Assembly: GCA_051867895.1 (NCBI GenBank)
Contig: JBJDZH010000016.1
Coordinates: 26,367 to 90,366 of the forward strand
Reading direction: 5' to 3'
Length of the DNA stretch: 64,000 bases
DNA from: Eubacteriales bacterium
GTDB lineage: Bacteria > Bacillota > Clostridia > Oscillospirales > CAG-272
Part shown: positions 63,910 through 64,000 of the stretch, in pieces
Numbering within the stretch: position 1 is the stretch's first letter
Layout of the letters: each line of letters opens with the position of its first letter
Notes under the pieces: generated by a model
The model's database searches: none
What the model was told of the DNA's origin: nothing
Seen by the model: only the letters and a program-made list of their open reading frames with translations
Position numbers and translations under genes: made by a program

Positions 63910-64000
63910 AACCACGAGAAAAGCCGCACACCGCACGCGCCGTTTTTTGCATGCTGTCCGGTGCGCTTCTGATTGTGTACTACCTTCTTGCCGGCTGCGC
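63906..64000 (+). CDS. 5' end of a hypothetical membrane protein (runs off the window)
   Basis: ATGA overlap with the fucosidase stop. MKPREKPHTARAVFCMLSGALLIVYYLLAGC has a hydrophobic helix. Confidence 0.3.
   Translation, partial: MKPREKPHTARAVFCMLSGALLIVYYLLAGC

Overview
This is a 64-kb chromosomal window from a high-GC (roughly 60% by eye), apparently spore-forming Clostridia-type Firmicute. The taxonomy is an inference from a cotJABC operon, Firmicute-style RBS and promoters, and anaerobic radical-SAM enzymes. All protein family calls come from reading motifs in the supplied translations; no database search was run.

Gene content, left to right:
- Housekeeping: upp and mtaB.
- A minus-strand pyrimidine operon, pyrC-pyrK-pyrD-pyrF-pyrE-pyrB-pyrI, with a PyrR-like leader.
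- An FkbM methyltransferase/amidohydrolase pair, a HIT protein, aspartate kinase, an MsbA-like ABC exporter and a DUF1015-like protein.
- A stand-alone tRNA-Val(GAC).
- A Cys-type sulfatase plus its radical-SAM maturase (anSME).
- An AT-rich membrane-protein islet next to a heavily deleted prophage: a CI/LexA-like repressor, a divergent operator/promoter switch, tail-fibre genes and a lone holin.
- A GyrI-like protein and a DUF2961/GH172-like protein.
- A BMP-family nucleoside-type ABC importer, then xpt, queA, dapA, a TIM-barrel isomerase and bcp.
- A 17-kb minus-strand polysaccharide locus (36967-54251) with a small PGT, aminotransferase, NeuD-like acetyltransferase, nine glycosyltransferases, LicD, an EpsG-type polymerase and Wzm/Wzt-type ABC export.
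- A repeat-rich non-coding or decayed region (55.2-57.0 kb).
- A MerR/GyrI regulator with extra C-terminal repeats, cotJABC, a lipoprotein, SanA, a membrane metallophosphoesterase and a GH29 fucosidase.

No rRNA, CRISPR array, intact IS element or integrase was seen.

Most interesting observations:
- The minimal repressor-switch / tail-fibre / orphan-holin module.
- The mosaic polysaccharide locus: AT-rich glycosyltransferase cassettes, tandem GT2 genes that share a near-identical 5' block, a frameshifted acetyltransferase, and ABC export combined with a Wzy-like polymerase.
- The 137-bp direct repeats around a strongly signalled 62-codon ORF.

I cannot demonstrate a definitively new system from sequence alone.
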